A program made the translations under genes and the position numbers. A DNA stretch of 64,000 bases from Bacteroides fragilis. Its GTDB lineage: Bacteria > Bacteroidota > Bacteroidia > Bacteroidales > DTGW01. The stretch spans positions 1,379-65,378 of the forward strand of contig CAMDBI010000011.1 of NCBI GenBank assembly GCA_945889005.1. Direction: 5' to 3'. The notes beneath the pieces were generated by a model. It was not told where the DNA came from. It was given only the letters and a program-made list of their open reading frames with translations, and made no database searches. Shown here piece after piece: positions 1 through 9,647 of the stretch (the first letter of the stretch is position 1; every line of letters starts with the position of its first letter).

Positions 1-95
1 TGGAAGCATTGTATATGAGGCGTTTTGGGGGGTAATTAAACTAAAAATTTGGAGCTGGTTTAGAAAATATCCAAAAATTTAAACTTGAATATAAT

Positions 96-428
96 ATGCT
101 AATTAGCAAGTGTATTGATTCTATAGATAGGTTTAATACATCCATATTCCTGTTTTTAATTATTTGCTTCAATTTTCTGGGTTTTCATATTTCTGGAGGA
201 CAAGAACAGTATTATGCTTTTGCCAAGCAATTTGTTGACCCCAATTGGGTAAAGGGAAGTTTTAGTTGTTCGGAAGCATCTGGAACTCGAATTGTATTCG
301 AATGGATAACTGGCAATATGCTTAAGATATTGTCATTTGAAATGACCGCTTTTATTCAGGGTATCGTAGTATTTGCATTTTTTGCAATTGCTTTGTCGCG
401 ACTATCAAAATTACTTCAAATTAGATAA
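96..428 (+). CDS. hypothetical polytopic membrane protein, possibly one piece of a broken gene
   Basis: 110-aa ORF with hydrophobic helices. Its TAA overlaps the next ATG (TAATG, 426-430). Similar open frames lie at 2-82 and 967-1139 in other frames. No family recognised. Confidence 0.35.
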   Translation: MLISKCIDSIDRFNTSIFLFLIICFNFLGFHISGGQEQYYAFAKQFVDPNWVKGSFSCSEASGTRIVFEWITGNMLKILSFEMTAFIQGIVVFAFFAIALSRLSKLLQIR

Positions 429-1033
429 TGCTAATGACTACCTATGTTTTAGCTATTAATTATTTATTTAAAGCTCCAGAATATAAGCCATTAAGACAAA
501 TAAGGCTCTTTATTAATATTGTTTTTCTTCACCAGATTGTTATGATTATAATTGCCTGGTTCGATACAAATGGAGAAATACTTAAATATTACGTATTTAG
601 AATGAATACTTTGATGCATCTATGTATTCTTCTTTATTTTTCGGCACTTGTAACTGGTTTTATTATAAAAAAATCAACCAAATTGATTTCAATTTTACTA
701 TTTGTTTTATTAACTGTTTCGATAGGCATATTGATAAACAATACTATTAAGAATATAAAAAAGAGTCGGGCTTCAATTCTGTTTGAACAGGCTAGTCCTG
801 AAAAAGCAGAACTATACAAATATTTAAAAATAAATACTCCTAAAGAAAGTAGCATCATTGTTATATCAGAAAATGAAAGTCACTATTTTGATTTTGTAAG
901 AAGAACTGAAAGGGACATCTTTGTTATGTTTAAGTTTCTGCCTGCCGAAAACAAAAAACTATATAACTGGTATGTACGGTATTTGGAGCAAGAAAAGGTA
1001 AAAAAGACACTACACATGTGTTTGAAATTGTAA
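428..1033 (+). CDS. hypothetical polytopic membrane protein, possibly one piece of a broken gene
   Basis: 201-aa ORF with several TM helices. After an A6 run (1000-1005) the shifted frame stays open to 1139 (..THVFEIVKSYNIDYMILNKPF..KIER*). No family recognised. Confidence 0.4.
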   Translation: MLMTTYVLAINYLFKAPEYKPLRQIRLFINIVFLHQIVMIIIAWFDTNGEILKYYVFRMNTLMHLCILLYFSALVTGFIIKKSTKLISILLFVLLTVSIGILINNTIKNIKKSRASILFEQASPEKAELYKYLKINTPKESSIIVISENESHYFDFVRRTERDIFVMFKFLPAENKKLYNWYVRYLEQEKVKKTLHMCLKL

Positions 1034-1269
1034 AATCTTATAACATTGACTATATGATTCTTAATAAGCCTTTTTACAATCAAAGAGCAAATCTTGAATT
1101 TAAAAACAAAAATTACTATTTATACAAAATTGAACGCTAATATAATTCTGATTTATAATATAATACAATATACATTTTCAATTTTAATAAAGTTTTGTTT
1201 TATTAAAAAATGTGTAAATAAAAGATATATTTCACTAAAACCTTATTAACTTTATATAAAATTCAAAAT

Positions 1270-2607
1270 ATGTATTTGATTAAAGATGCTCATATTGTTA
1301 ATGAAGGTCAGCGGTTTATTGGCAGTTTGCTTACCAATGGATCCAAGATTTACAAGATTTATAAAGAAAAAGAAAAACCCGAGATTACTGGAAATACAGT
1401 TGTAATAGATGCTAGTGGTAAACTTCTATTGCCTGGTGTTATCGACGATCAGGTGCACTTTAGACAACCCGGACTGACCCACAAAGGCGATATACTATCA
1501 GAGTCTCGAGCAGCAGTTGCCGGAGGCATTACTTCATATATGGAAATGCCCAATACCAATCCTCAAACAACAACTCTAGAAGCTTTGCAGGCAAAATACC
1601 AATTAGGAGCCGAAAATAGTATGGCAAACTACTCGTTTTACATGGGAGCCACCAACGACAACCTCTCTGAGATACTCAAAACAAATCCAAAAGAAGTATG
1701 TGGTATAAAGATTTTTATGGGTTCTTCAACTGGCAATATGTTGGTCGACAAACTCGAAACATTAGAAGCAATCTTTAAAGAATCGCCTTTGCTCATTGCA
1801 ACTCATTGTGAAGATGAGGCAAGCATAATTCACAATACATCAATATTTAAAGATCGCTACGCCGATCATATACCTATTAAGTATCATCCCGAAATCAGAA
1901 ACTATGAGGCTTGCTACAAATCTTCGTCATTGGCAGTAGACCTAGCAAGCAAATACAATACCAGACTTCATGTTCTTCACTTATCGAGCGCTAAGGAAAT
2001 GGAACTTTTTTCAAAAAATCCTATATCTGAAAAGCGGATTACAGGTGAGGTTTGCGTTCACCACCTTTGGTTCTCGGATTTGGATTACGATACTCTAGGA
2101 ACCTATATTAAATGGAACCCGTCTGTAAAATATGAGAAAGACAGAAGTGCTCTCTGGGAAGCCCTATTGGATGGTCGATTAGATGTAATTGCTACCGACC
2201 ATGCTCCTCATACCATCGAAGAAAAGCAAAACTCATACTTAAAAGCACCATCGGGAGGTCCATTGGTACAACATTCGCTGGTAGCTATGCTTGAATTTGT
2301 TAAACAAGGTAAAATTTCTATAGAAAAGCTTGTCGAAAAAATGTGCCATGCTCCAGCTCAACTATTTAACATTGAACAAAGAGGTTATATTAGAGAAGGT
2401 TATAGTGCCGATTTGGTCTTGGTAGACCCAAACAATATGTGGACTGTAGACAAAAACAATATTCTATATAAATGTGGATGGTCGCCTTTCGAAAGCATTC
2501 ATTTCTCGAATAAAATATCTCACACTTTTATAAATGGTTGCATGGTTTATAACAATGGGGTTTTTGACGAAGACTTTAGAGGTGATAAATTGAAGTTTAA
2601 CAGATAA
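1270..2607 (+). CDS. pyrC: dihydroorotase (class I, amidohydrolase superfamily)
   Basis: 445 aa. Metal-binding motifs DDQVHFRQPG (HxH) and ATDHAPH are present. Length and layout fit the dihydroorotase/allantoinase family. Confidence 0.88.
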   Translation: MYLIKDAHIVNEGQRFIGSLLTNGSKIYKIYKEKEKPEITGNTVVIDASGKLLLPGVIDDQVHFRQPGLTHKGDILSESRAAVAGGITSYMEMPNTNPQTTTLEALQAKYQLGAENSMANYSFYMGATNDNLSEILKTNPKEVCGIKIFMGSSTGNMLVDKLETLEAIFKESPLLIATHCEDEASIIHNTSIFKDRYADHIPIKYHPEIRNYEACYKSSSLAVDLASKYNTRLHVLHLSSAKEMELFSKNPISEKRITGEVCVHHLWFSDLDYDTLGTYIKWNPSVKYEKDRSALWEALLDGRLDVIATDHAPHTIEEKQNSYLKAPSGGPLVQHSLVAMLEFVKQGKISIEKLVEKMCHAPAQLFNIEQRGYIREGYSADLVLVDPNNMWTVDKNNILYKCGWSPFESIHFSNKISHTFINGCMVYNNGVFDEDFRGDKLKFNR

Positions 2608-2612
2608 TAAAT

Positions 2613-2734
2613 CAATGTCGTTTAATTAAGAAATATCAACTTTTAAATTACCCCTAAATCCCCTAAAGGGGACTTCATTATCACCCCTTTAGGGGATGGG
2701 GGTAAAAAAGAAGAATGTTAACTAAACGACATTG
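2613..2734. repeat. 122-bp nested palindrome (REP/MITE-like element or strong bidirectional terminator)
   Basis: Outer arms CAATGTCGTTTAATTAA (2613-2629) and TTAACTAAACGACATTG (2718-2734) are 16/17 complementary. Inner CCCCTAAAGGGG (2660-2671) and CCCCTTTAGGGG (2684-2695) are exact reverse complements. Confidence 0.6.
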
Positions 2735-2749
2735 GATAATAAATTTAAA

Positions 2750-3262
2750 ATGTGCGGATTTGAACATTTGAAAATTAAAAAGGCAATTTTTGCATCTATT
2801 CTTATAAGTTTTATTGCTTGTAACAACGAAAAACAGGTGAAATATATTGTTAAGGATTCCGATTCACTTTCGTACAACACTTATGCCGACAGTATAGTAT
2901 ATGATGTAATTGTTAAAGTAACAGATCGGGAAGATAGCTGGCAACAAGAATGCCTAAGAACGATGAAGAATGATGCATTATTAGACACTTTGTTTCAATC
3001 TATATATAATCAGGAACTTGTAGCCTATTCATTTGAAACAAAACAAGCCCTTAGTGTTGAAGATGTAAAGCAAATTGAGACGCGCGAAGGCTATTCAAGA
3101 AATATTATAGGAAAATACCAGTTTAAGGAAAAATGGCTATACGACTCAAGTGCCAAAAGAATGATTAAGAAGGTTCAATCTATTACTTTTGGATACGAAA
3201 CCAAGATGGAAGATGGAACTGTTAAAGGGTATTTACCACTTTTTATTGTTTATTTCAACTGA
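2750..3262 (+). CDS. hypothetical lipoprotein
   Basis: The ORF-track start at 2732 is a TTG inside the palindrome. The first ATG (2750) gives [24 protein letters not shown].. with a lipobox-like Cys. No family recognised. Confidence 0.5.
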   Translation: MCGFEHLKIKKAIFASILISFIACNNEKQVKYIVKDSDSLSYNTYADSIVYDVIVKVTDREDSWQQECLRTMKNDALLDTLFQSIYNQELVAYSFETKQALSVEDVKQIETREGYSRNIIGKYQFKEKWLYDSSAKRMIKKVQSITFGYETKMEDGTVKGYLPLFIVYFN

Positions 3263-5331
3263 TTTTTCATATAATTCTGTAATTCGGCTACCGTTTCAAC
3301 GGCATCGAAACAGGTGTGATCACGACACAAATAAATAAGTGTTTTGCCCTCCAAACCTCTATTTGATAATAATGGATAACTACTATTTTCAAATTCTGAA
3401 GCCATAACAATAGTATTACTATTTGTTACCCGTTGAATATCTCTTGCTATAACCTTATAATTTTTGCCAACAACAGAAATTTCGGTGATTCCAAAAATAT
3501 GCGACGATATTTCGCAGGCATAGTTTGCAAATGAAAGTGGGTATTCGTTAACAATCGCAATCATTCGATTGAGAAGCATTCTCGACATATCGAAATACTG
3601 TCTGTTCCCGGTTAGAGAAGACAATTTTAACAAAATGCCTGCCATTATTGAATTTCCAGAAGCAGTCACTCCATCGTTTAGGTCTTTTTTTCGAGCTATT
3701 ACATCACTTTGATTTGCAGTTGTGTAAAAAAACAAATCATCTTCCGTGTCGAGAAAATGTTTTATAACAAATGCTGTTAGTTCATTTGCTTTGTCGATAT
3801 AACTTAAATCAAAAGTTATATCATATACATCGATATATGCACGTATGAGAGACGCATAATCGTCCAAAAATGCAGGATTGTATGCTTTTGAGTCCTTATA
3901 ATTATGAAAAAATAAGCCTAATTGCTTATTGTAAAGCTTATCGCTAATAAATGCTAATGATTCTATTGCCCAAGTTTTATACTCCTCGTTCGCGAAAGTT
4001 TTATAAGCCTTGCAAATGGCAGATATAGTCAATGCATTCCACATTAACACAATTTTCTCGTCCTTCGAGGGAGCAATTCTATGAGCTCGTTGCTTTGAAA
4101 GCTTATTAATCATCGAATCTATCCGATTCGTGAGTTCGCTTGGACAAATCTTATATTTCTTGGCTATTTTCTCCAGATTTCCGTCGTGATGCAAAATATT
4201 GGCAGATTCCCAGTTGCCATCGTCTGTAATGCTAAAAAAATCGCAAAACATCTCGGTGTCGTGAGTTAAGACCTCGCTGATTTCTTCTTTTGACCAAACA
4301 TAGTATTTTCCTTCAACTCCCTCTGAATCGGCATCGATCGACGAATAAAACCCAAATTCGGGGCTTGTAAGTTCTCTTCTAATAAAATTCAAAGCTTTTT
4401 CGGCAGTATTTGCAAACAATTCGTTTTGAGTAATTTTATATGCCGAGCACAAAACATTTATTATGAGAGCATTGTCGTACAGCATTTTTTCGAAATGAGG
4501 TACAAACCAATGAATATCGGTACTATAACGTGCAACCCCACCGCCAATATGATCGAAGATACCTCCACTACACATCTTTCGAAGTGTAGTATCTACATGG
4601 TTTAATGCATCTTTATGTCCAAATTGTTGACTATAAAAAATTAGATAGTTTAAAGCAAAGGTATTGAGAAACTTAGGAGCTTGCCCAAATCCTCCAAGGT
4701 TTTTGTCGAATTGAGATTCTAACTGACTGTATATATTATGTAAAAAATCTTGATTTGAATTGTCAATAGTCAATTCCGAAGAATCTATGGTTAATTTTCT
4801 GTCGAGTAATGGTTCGCTTTTAAGAAAATCGACCAAATACCCAGCTTGTCGCTGAATTCTATCTTGCTCGTTTCTCCATACATCGCATACAAATTCGAGT
4901 ACTTGTGTCCACGATGGCATATTGCTAAAAGGGCGGGTCGGAAAATATGTGCCACCCATAAAAGGCTCTTTGTTAGGAGTTAGGAAAACATTTAAAGGCC
5001 ATCCCCCATTGCCATTCATTGCCATAACTGCATTCATATATATATTGTCGATGTCGGGTCTTTCTTCGCGATCGAGTTTAATACATATAAAGTTTTTGTT
5101 CATCAATTGAGCAACAGTTACGTCTTCGAAACTCTCGCGTTCCATTACATGACACCAATGACATGCCGAATAGCCTATGCTCAAAACAATTGGCTTATTC
5201 TCGCTTTTTGCTCGTTCAAATGCTTCTTCGCACCATGGATACCAGTCGACCGGGTTGTGTGCATGATGTTGCAAATATGGACTGGGTTCGTTGATTAAGC
5301 GGTTGGCTGTATGTTTCTCTACTATAGACAT
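3250..5331 (-). CDS. thioredoxin-domain protein (DUF255 / YyaL-like)
   Basis: 693 aa. The N-terminal thioredoxin-like region has CHWCHVM (CxxC). A long helical toroid-like region follows, as in YyaL/SSP411-type proteins. Confidence 0.8.
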   Translation of the reverse strand: MSIVEKHTANRLINEPSPYLQHHAHNPVDWYPWCEEAFERAKSENKPIVLSIGYSACHWCHVMERESFEDVTVAQLMNKNFICIKLDREERPDIDNIYMNAVMAMNGNGGWPLNVFLTPNKEPFMGGTYFPTRPFSNMPSWTQVLEFVCDVWRNEQDRIQRQAGYLVDFLKSEPLLDRKLTIDSSELTIDNSNQDFLHNIYSQLESQFDKNLGGFGQAPKFLNTFALNYLIFYSQQFGHKDALNHVDTTLRKMCSGGIFDHIGGGVARYSTDIHWFVPHFEKMLYDNALIINVLCSAYKITQNELFANTAEKALNFIRRELTSPEFGFYSSIDADSEGVEGKYYVWSKEEISEVLTHDTEMFCDFFSITDDGNWESANILHHDGNLEKIAKKYKICPSELTNRIDSMINKLSKQRAHRIAPSKDEKIVLMWNALTISAICKAYKTFANEEYKTWAIESLAFISDKLYNKQLGLFFHNYKDSKAYNPAFLDDYASLIRAYIDVYDITFDLSYIDKANELTAFVIKHFLDTEDDLFFYTTANQSDVIARKKDLNDGVTASGNSIMAGILLKLSSLTGNRQYFDMSRMLLNRMIAIVNEYPLSFANYACEISSHIFGITEISVVGKNYKVIARDIQRVTNSNTIVMASEFENSSYPLLSNRGLEGKTLIYLCRDHTCFDAVETVAELQNYMKNQLK

Positions 5332-5384
5332 TAAAAATGTTTGCTATATAGACAAAAAATACTATGAATTGTTCAATAAAAGAT

Positions 5385-5440
5385 ATGAGATGTGAGATAT
5401 GAGATGTGAGATGTAAGATTTAAGTTGTAAGGTGAGAGAT
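5385..5440. repeat. tandem heptamer repeat, (A/G)TGAGAT family, about 8 units
   Basis: ATGAGATGTGAGAT occurs twice perfectly (5385-5398, 5399-5412). Degenerate units GTAAGAT, TTAAGTT, GTAAGGT and GAGAGAT follow. It lies in the intergenic region between two minus-strand genes. Confidence 0.8.
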
Positions 5441-5453
5441 TTGACTTCTGAGG

Positions 5454-6206
5454 CTAGACTATTTCAATGTTTCCAGGAATATAGTCTTTAAAAACCTTTG
5501 TAGGTGCCCTAAAAAGGTTTTTAAGGGCATATTGATTCAATGTCGATATTTCGTCGATTATTTTCTTCATCTTTTTTCTTTGTGTATCGCTTCCATAAGG
5601 ACATTCGGCAGCTAATACCGGAAGTTGAACCAATTTTGAATATTCAATGAGATCGTTTTCGCAAATATCAAGTAATGGACGTATAAGTTGAAGTTTCCCT
5701 TTAAACATGTCGAGTTTATAAGGCATTGAACTCATGGTGCCATGATGAATCATATTTAGCATTATGGTTTGAACAGCATCATCAAGATGATGTCCAAAAG
5801 CGAGCTTATTACAGCCCCTTTCCTCGGCAAACCCAAAGATGATGCTTCTTCGATTCCACGAACAATAAAAGCACTCTGTTTTTGAGACTTTTTTTGAAAA
5901 ATCTATTTCTTTTGAAATAATGGTAAGTGGTACTTCGAGTTGCTTACAATATTCTTCGAGAAACTGAGGATTTACCTTATATCCAACATTCGAGATATGA
6001 ATATGAATGGCCTGAACAGAAAATTTGTATCGGGCACTACGCTGTACTCGCGACAACATTTCGAGCAAAATTAATGAGTCTTTACCTCCACTTAGCCCAA
6101 CTAAAATCGAATCGCCTTCGTTTATCAATTGCTGTTTATGGCAAGTCTGATTTACCTTGTTGAAAAGCCTACGCGATATTTTTGTAATTTCGGAATTTGA
6201 CATCAA
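5454..6206 (-). CDS. PP-loop ATPase, TtcA-like tRNA thiolation enzyme
   Basis: 250 aa. It has the PP-loop SGGKDS, a CxxC (CFYCSW) and a later conserved Cys (ECPYG), as in the TtcA family. Confidence 0.75.
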   Translation of the reverse strand: MMSNSEITKISRRLFNKVNQTCHKQQLINEGDSILVGLSGGKDSLILLEMLSRVQRSARYKFSVQAIHIHISNVGYKVNPQFLEEYCKQLEVPLTIISKEIDFSKKVSKTECFYCSWNRRSIIFGFAEERGCNKLAFGHHLDDAVQTIMLNMIHHGTMSSMPYKLDMFKGKLQLIRPLLDICENDLIEYSKLVQLPVLAAECPYGSDTQRKKMKKIIDEISTLNQYALKNLFRAPTKVFKDYIPGNIEIV

Positions 6207-6213
6207 TTGTTCT

Positions 6214-7017
6214 TTATTTTATAAAAGCTTTGAAAGGATAAACAAGATTTTCGGTGCTTCGGAGCTGAATTTTCACTGAACCAATTAGGATTTTTGCCTC
6301 AATTTGTATGGGAACATGATTTTCGTCGTCCGATACCCATACAAAAATATCTTCTCCCCCTTTAAAAACAGTTCCTTCAATTGCTAAAGCCGAGAATTTA
6401 TGGCAATTATAAAAGTGTTTATCATGCGAAACCAACACATCCTTACCCTTGTAACGAACATAGAATGAAATTATCCTATTGTCGAGTACAATAGGAATAT
6501 TTATCTTCTCATCCTTTTTTAATTTGCTATAATCGAGGTTGCGAAGATTGTAAGCAGCTGTGATTGCATCCGATATTGGGGTATTGAACGAAATTGTATC
6601 AATTACAAGTGGTTTTTTACAATCTTTATAAACAGTATATATCTGTTTTTTTTGATGATCGATCGAGTATTGTTCGGTAACAACCTTGTCGCCTTCGCAG
6701 GTATGTCGATCGAACCAATACGACAACATACTGGTTTGATCGGCCATTGAAGCATATTTGTTTCGAACTTTAAAAAGCCAATCGTAACTTTTGAGCGACG
6801 AGGCTACCGCATCGAAAACAAAAACATTGTTGCTATTGTAAACTCCCGATTTAATTGACAATGTAGCAGTTGCAGCAGGTACCCAAATAAAATGAAAATT
6901 GTAGGCAGCTTCATACACCAACTTTTCGCCAACTTTGAAAGCTACTTTCTGAGGATATGCCGAAAACGCAATAACAATGGATATAAAAAAAGAAAAAAAC
7001 AGACTGAATTTTTTCAT
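6214..7017 (-). CDS. secreted beta-rich protein, DUF3108-like
   Basis: The ORF reaches 7032, but the signal peptide MKKFSLFFSFFISIVIAF starts at ATG 7017. The family assignment is from memory of the DUF3108 layout and is unverified. Confidence 0.55.
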   Translation of the reverse strand: MKKFSLFFSFFISIVIAFSAYPQKVAFKVGEKLVYEAAYNFHFIWVPAATATLSIKSGVYNSNNVFVFDAVASSLKSYDWLFKVRNKYASMADQTSMLSYWFDRHTCEGDKVVTEQYSIDHQKKQIYTVYKDCKKPLVIDTISFNTPISDAITAAYNLRNLDYSKLKKDEKINIPIVLDNRIISFYVRYKGKDVLVSHDKHFYNCHKFSALAIEGTVFKGGEDIFVWVSDDENHVPIQIEAKILIGSVKIQLRSTENLVYPFKAFIK

Positions 7018-7093
7018 TAAATAAAAAATCAATAGCCATTTTAAATTAAATTGTACTACTACATTATTCGTGGAGAATGTATATTATAACTTT

Positions 7094-7267
7094 AGGGCAT
7101 CTCCAAAAACTGCTTTTTAGCTACGCTGATCCCGTCGGGGTTCTTTGTTGGACTTTATTTTTAAACTCCTCACTTCGGCTTTCGCTCAGTGTAACACATT
7201 TACAGTAGTAAACTCCGGATTTAAAAAATTCGTCCGCCTCAAAAAATCGAGTTTTTAGAAACGCCCT
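7094..7267 (-). other. intergenic element closed by an 18-bp imperfect inverted repeat (candidate structured RNA or MITE)
   Basis: AGGGCATCTCCAAAAACT (7094-7111) pairs with AGTTTTTAGAAACGCCCT (7250-7267) at 15/18 positions. All three mismatches become G-U pairs if the minus strand is transcribed. The interior looks more GC-rich than its surroundings. Confidence 0.4.
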
Positions 7268-7292
7268 TTATACAGAGTCTTTGTTAGAAGAC

Positions 7293-7338
7293 AGAAGACG
7301 GAAGTGAAGTTACTTCTAACTTCTGACTTCCGTCTTCT
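7293..7338 (-). terminator. hairpin downstream of the metallopeptidase gene
   Basis: Perfect 13-bp stem AGAAGACGGAAGT (7293-7305) / ACTTCCGTCTTCT (7326-7338) with a 20-nt loop. There is no clear U-tract. Confidence 0.35.
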
Positions 7339-7376
7339 AGCCTCAAAGCTTTAAGAAAGCAACATTGCTAATTGTA

Positions 7377-8057
7377 TTAGTCGCGCGAAGCACCTAAATA
7401 CACTAATATATAATAAATTAAAGTTGACAATGAAGCTATTGCAGCAACCACATAAGTATAACCTGCCCAATTTAATGCATCTTTAGCATTTTCGGCAAGC
7501 ATCGAAGTTACAATTCCTTTGTTGTTGATCCATGCAATTGCACGGCGACTGGCATCGATTTCGACTGGTAACGTAATAAATGCAAAAATGGTAGTAAAAG
7601 CAAACATAACAATTCCAAACAAAAGCAATGGGGGAAAAATAGTAACAAGCAAAATGCCTGCTAAAAGCACCCATTGTACCCAGTTAGAAGCAAAACTTAC
7701 AACAGGAACCAGTTTCGAACGCATCGTAAGCCACGCATAAGCCTGCGCATGTTGAATAGCATGCCCACACTCGTGAGCCGAAACGGCAGCAGCCGATAAA
7801 TGACGACCATAATATACTTCCGTACTTAAATTAACTGTTTTTGTCAAAGGATTGTAATGGTCGGTAAGTTCTCCTTCGACTGAGATTACACGCACATCGT
7901 AAATATTGTTGTCGCGAAGCATGGCTTCTGCAACATCTTTTCCACTCATCCCATTGTTTGTAGGAATTTCAGCATATTTCTTAAACTTTCTTTTAAGTTT
8001 AAAACCTATATACCAACTTAAAAGCATAAAAAAGATCATAATAACTATCGCAATCAT
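7377..8057 (-). CDS. membrane zinc metallopeptidase (YugP-like)
   Basis: 226 aa with HExxH (HECGHAIQH) and several TM helices. The layout matches the 'putative neutral zinc metallopeptidase' family. Confidence 0.8.
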   Translation of the reverse strand: MIAIVIMIFFMLLSWYIGFKLKRKFKKYAEIPTNNGMSGKDVAEAMLRDNNIYDVRVISVEGELTDHYNPLTKTVNLSTEVYYGRHLSAAAVSAHECGHAIQHAQAYAWLTMRSKLVPVVSFASNWVQWVLLAGILLVTIFPPLLLFGIVMFAFTTIFAFITLPVEIDASRRAIAWINNKGIVTSMLAENAKDALNWAGYTYVVAAIASLSTLIYYILVYLGASRD

Positions 8058-8190
8058 AACTTTAATTTTTAAATTTTTTACAAAGATAATATCAATTTTT
8101 AAGCCAATAGTTAAAATACTAATTGAATGGACAATTTGACACCTTTTTAATTTTTTTTAATTAATTTCGCTCACACAAAATAGATACTTA

Positions 8191-8604
8191 ATGTTAAAGA
8201 TTGCAGTAGATTTCGATGGAACCATTGTAGAGCATGCTTACCCGGCAATAGGTAAAGAAAAACTATTTGCATTCCAAACACTTAAAGAGCTGCAAAAACG
8301 AAGTTACAAACTCATATTATGGACATACCGTGCCGGCAAGGAACTTGACGAAGCTGTTGAGTATTGCCGTCAAAATGGCATAGTATTTTATGCCGTAAAT
8401 AAAAGCTATCCCGAAGAAATCTTTGACGATAATACAAGCCGAAAAATTGATGCAGAAATTTATATCGACGATCGTAATTTAGGAGGTTTCCCTGGCTGGA
8501 GCGAGGTTTGGATTATGCTAAACCCCGATAATATCGACTATTCAAAAGTACCTAAACCTATTTCGGCTAAAAAAAGCTGGTTTAAACGTTTCTTGGGTAT
8601 TTAA
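8191..8604 (+). CDS. small HAD-like hydrolase-fold protein
   Basis: 137 aa. The N-terminal DFDGTIV (DxDxT) nucleophile motif is present and there is no cap domain. Confidence 0.5.
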   Translation: MLKIAVDFDGTIVEHAYPAIGKEKLFAFQTLKELQKRSYKLILWTYRAGKELDEAVEYCRQNGIVFYAVNKSYPEEIFDDNTSRKIDAEIYIDDRNLGGFPGWSEVWIMLNPDNIDYSKVPKPISAKKSWFKRFLGI

Positions 8605-8615
8605 GACAGATAAAC

Positions 8616-9647
8616 TTAATTGTCTTTAATAGTATAATCCGATAACAATTTTTTGAAATTGCCAATCTGTCGGCGTGTTCCCAGAACAAAAAGCTTATCG
8701 TGGGTATCTATTGAGGTTTCGGTCGGCGGGTTGACTACAATTATTTTACCGGCTTGTTTAATACCCAAAACCATCACTCCTGTATCGTTGTGCTTATCGA
8801 TATCGCGCAAAGTGCGCCCGTTGAAATAGTCGGCTATTTCGTTACAACGAATTTCGTCAATAATAACATTATTAGACCCTGCCGACATAACATATTCTAC
8901 AAACTGCACTACATCTGGCTGGGCTATGAGTCGCGCCATACGACGCCCACCAATCATGTCGGGCATTATTACACTATTGGCTCCTGCCCTTTTAAGTTTT
9001 AAATCGGCTCCATCTTCAGATGCTCGACTAACTATATTGATATTTGGATTGAGCTGTCGGGCTGTAAGTACAAGGAAAACATTGTGCGAATCGTCGGGAA
9101 GTGTTGCAATTAATGCTTTTGCATGTTGCAATCCGGCTTCTTCCAATATTTCATCTTGCGTTGCATCGCCATCAATAAATAAAATATTACCTTCATTTTC
9201 GAGAAAATCAATTACATCTGGATCTTTGTCGACAACTATAAAAGGCACATTATGTTCCTTCAATTCGAGCGAAGCTTGCCTACCATTGTTTCCATAGCCA
9301 CAGATAATGACATGGTTTTTTAAATTATCGATCTGTTTTCTTATCATCCTTTTTCTGAGGTATTTGACAAAAGTGCCATCGGCCAACAAACTTGTTAACG
9401 ATGTAATTGCATAAGCAAATGTACCAAAACTAAATAAAATAAGTACAATTGTAAACCATTTACCTAAATCAGACAAAGGTGCTGGTTCTCCAAAACCCAC
9501 AGTTGAAATTGTAATAATAGTCATAAAAAAGGCATTGGTAAACTTGTAGCCCTCGATAAATTTATACCCTATTGAACCTATTACAATAAGTGCTATAAGT
9601 AAAATTAACGAAATATATACCGACCGCAGTCTATCTTTTCCTCTCAT
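8616..9647 (-). CDS. potassium channel with RCK/TrkA domains
   Basis: 343 aa. Two TM helices flank a pore with selectivity filter TVGFGE. A Rossmann motif GYGNNG (TrkA-N) and a TrkA-C-like end follow. Confidence 0.85.
   Translation of the reverse strand: MRGKDRLRSVYISLILLIALIVIGSIGYKFIEGYKFTNAFFMTIITISTVGFGEPAPLSDLGKWFTIVLILFSFGTFAYAITSLTSLLADGTFVKYLRKRMIRKQIDNLKNHVIICGYGNNGRQASLELKEHNVPFIVVDKDPDVIDFLENEGNILFIDGDATQDEILEEAGLQHAKALIATLPDDSHNVFLVLTARQLNPNINIVSRASEDGADLKLKRAGANSVIMPDMIGGRRMARLIAQPDVVQFVEYVMSAGSNNVIIDEIRCNEIADYFNGRTLRDIDKHNDTGVMVLGIKQAGKIIVVNPPTETSIDTHDKLFVLGTRRQIGNFKKLLSDYTIKDN

Noticed and set aside
4922-5298. Two plus-strand ORFs of 62-63 aa
   Set aside because: They are antisense to the thioredoxin-domain gene, whose CxxC motif lies in this region.
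7161-7200. Apparent similarity of GCTTTCGCTCAGTGTAACAC to the left island hairpin region GCTTCGCTTCACTGCCAAACAC
   Set aside because: Only about 17 matches with several gaps in a short stretch, which could be chance. It needs a proper alignment before linking the two loci.
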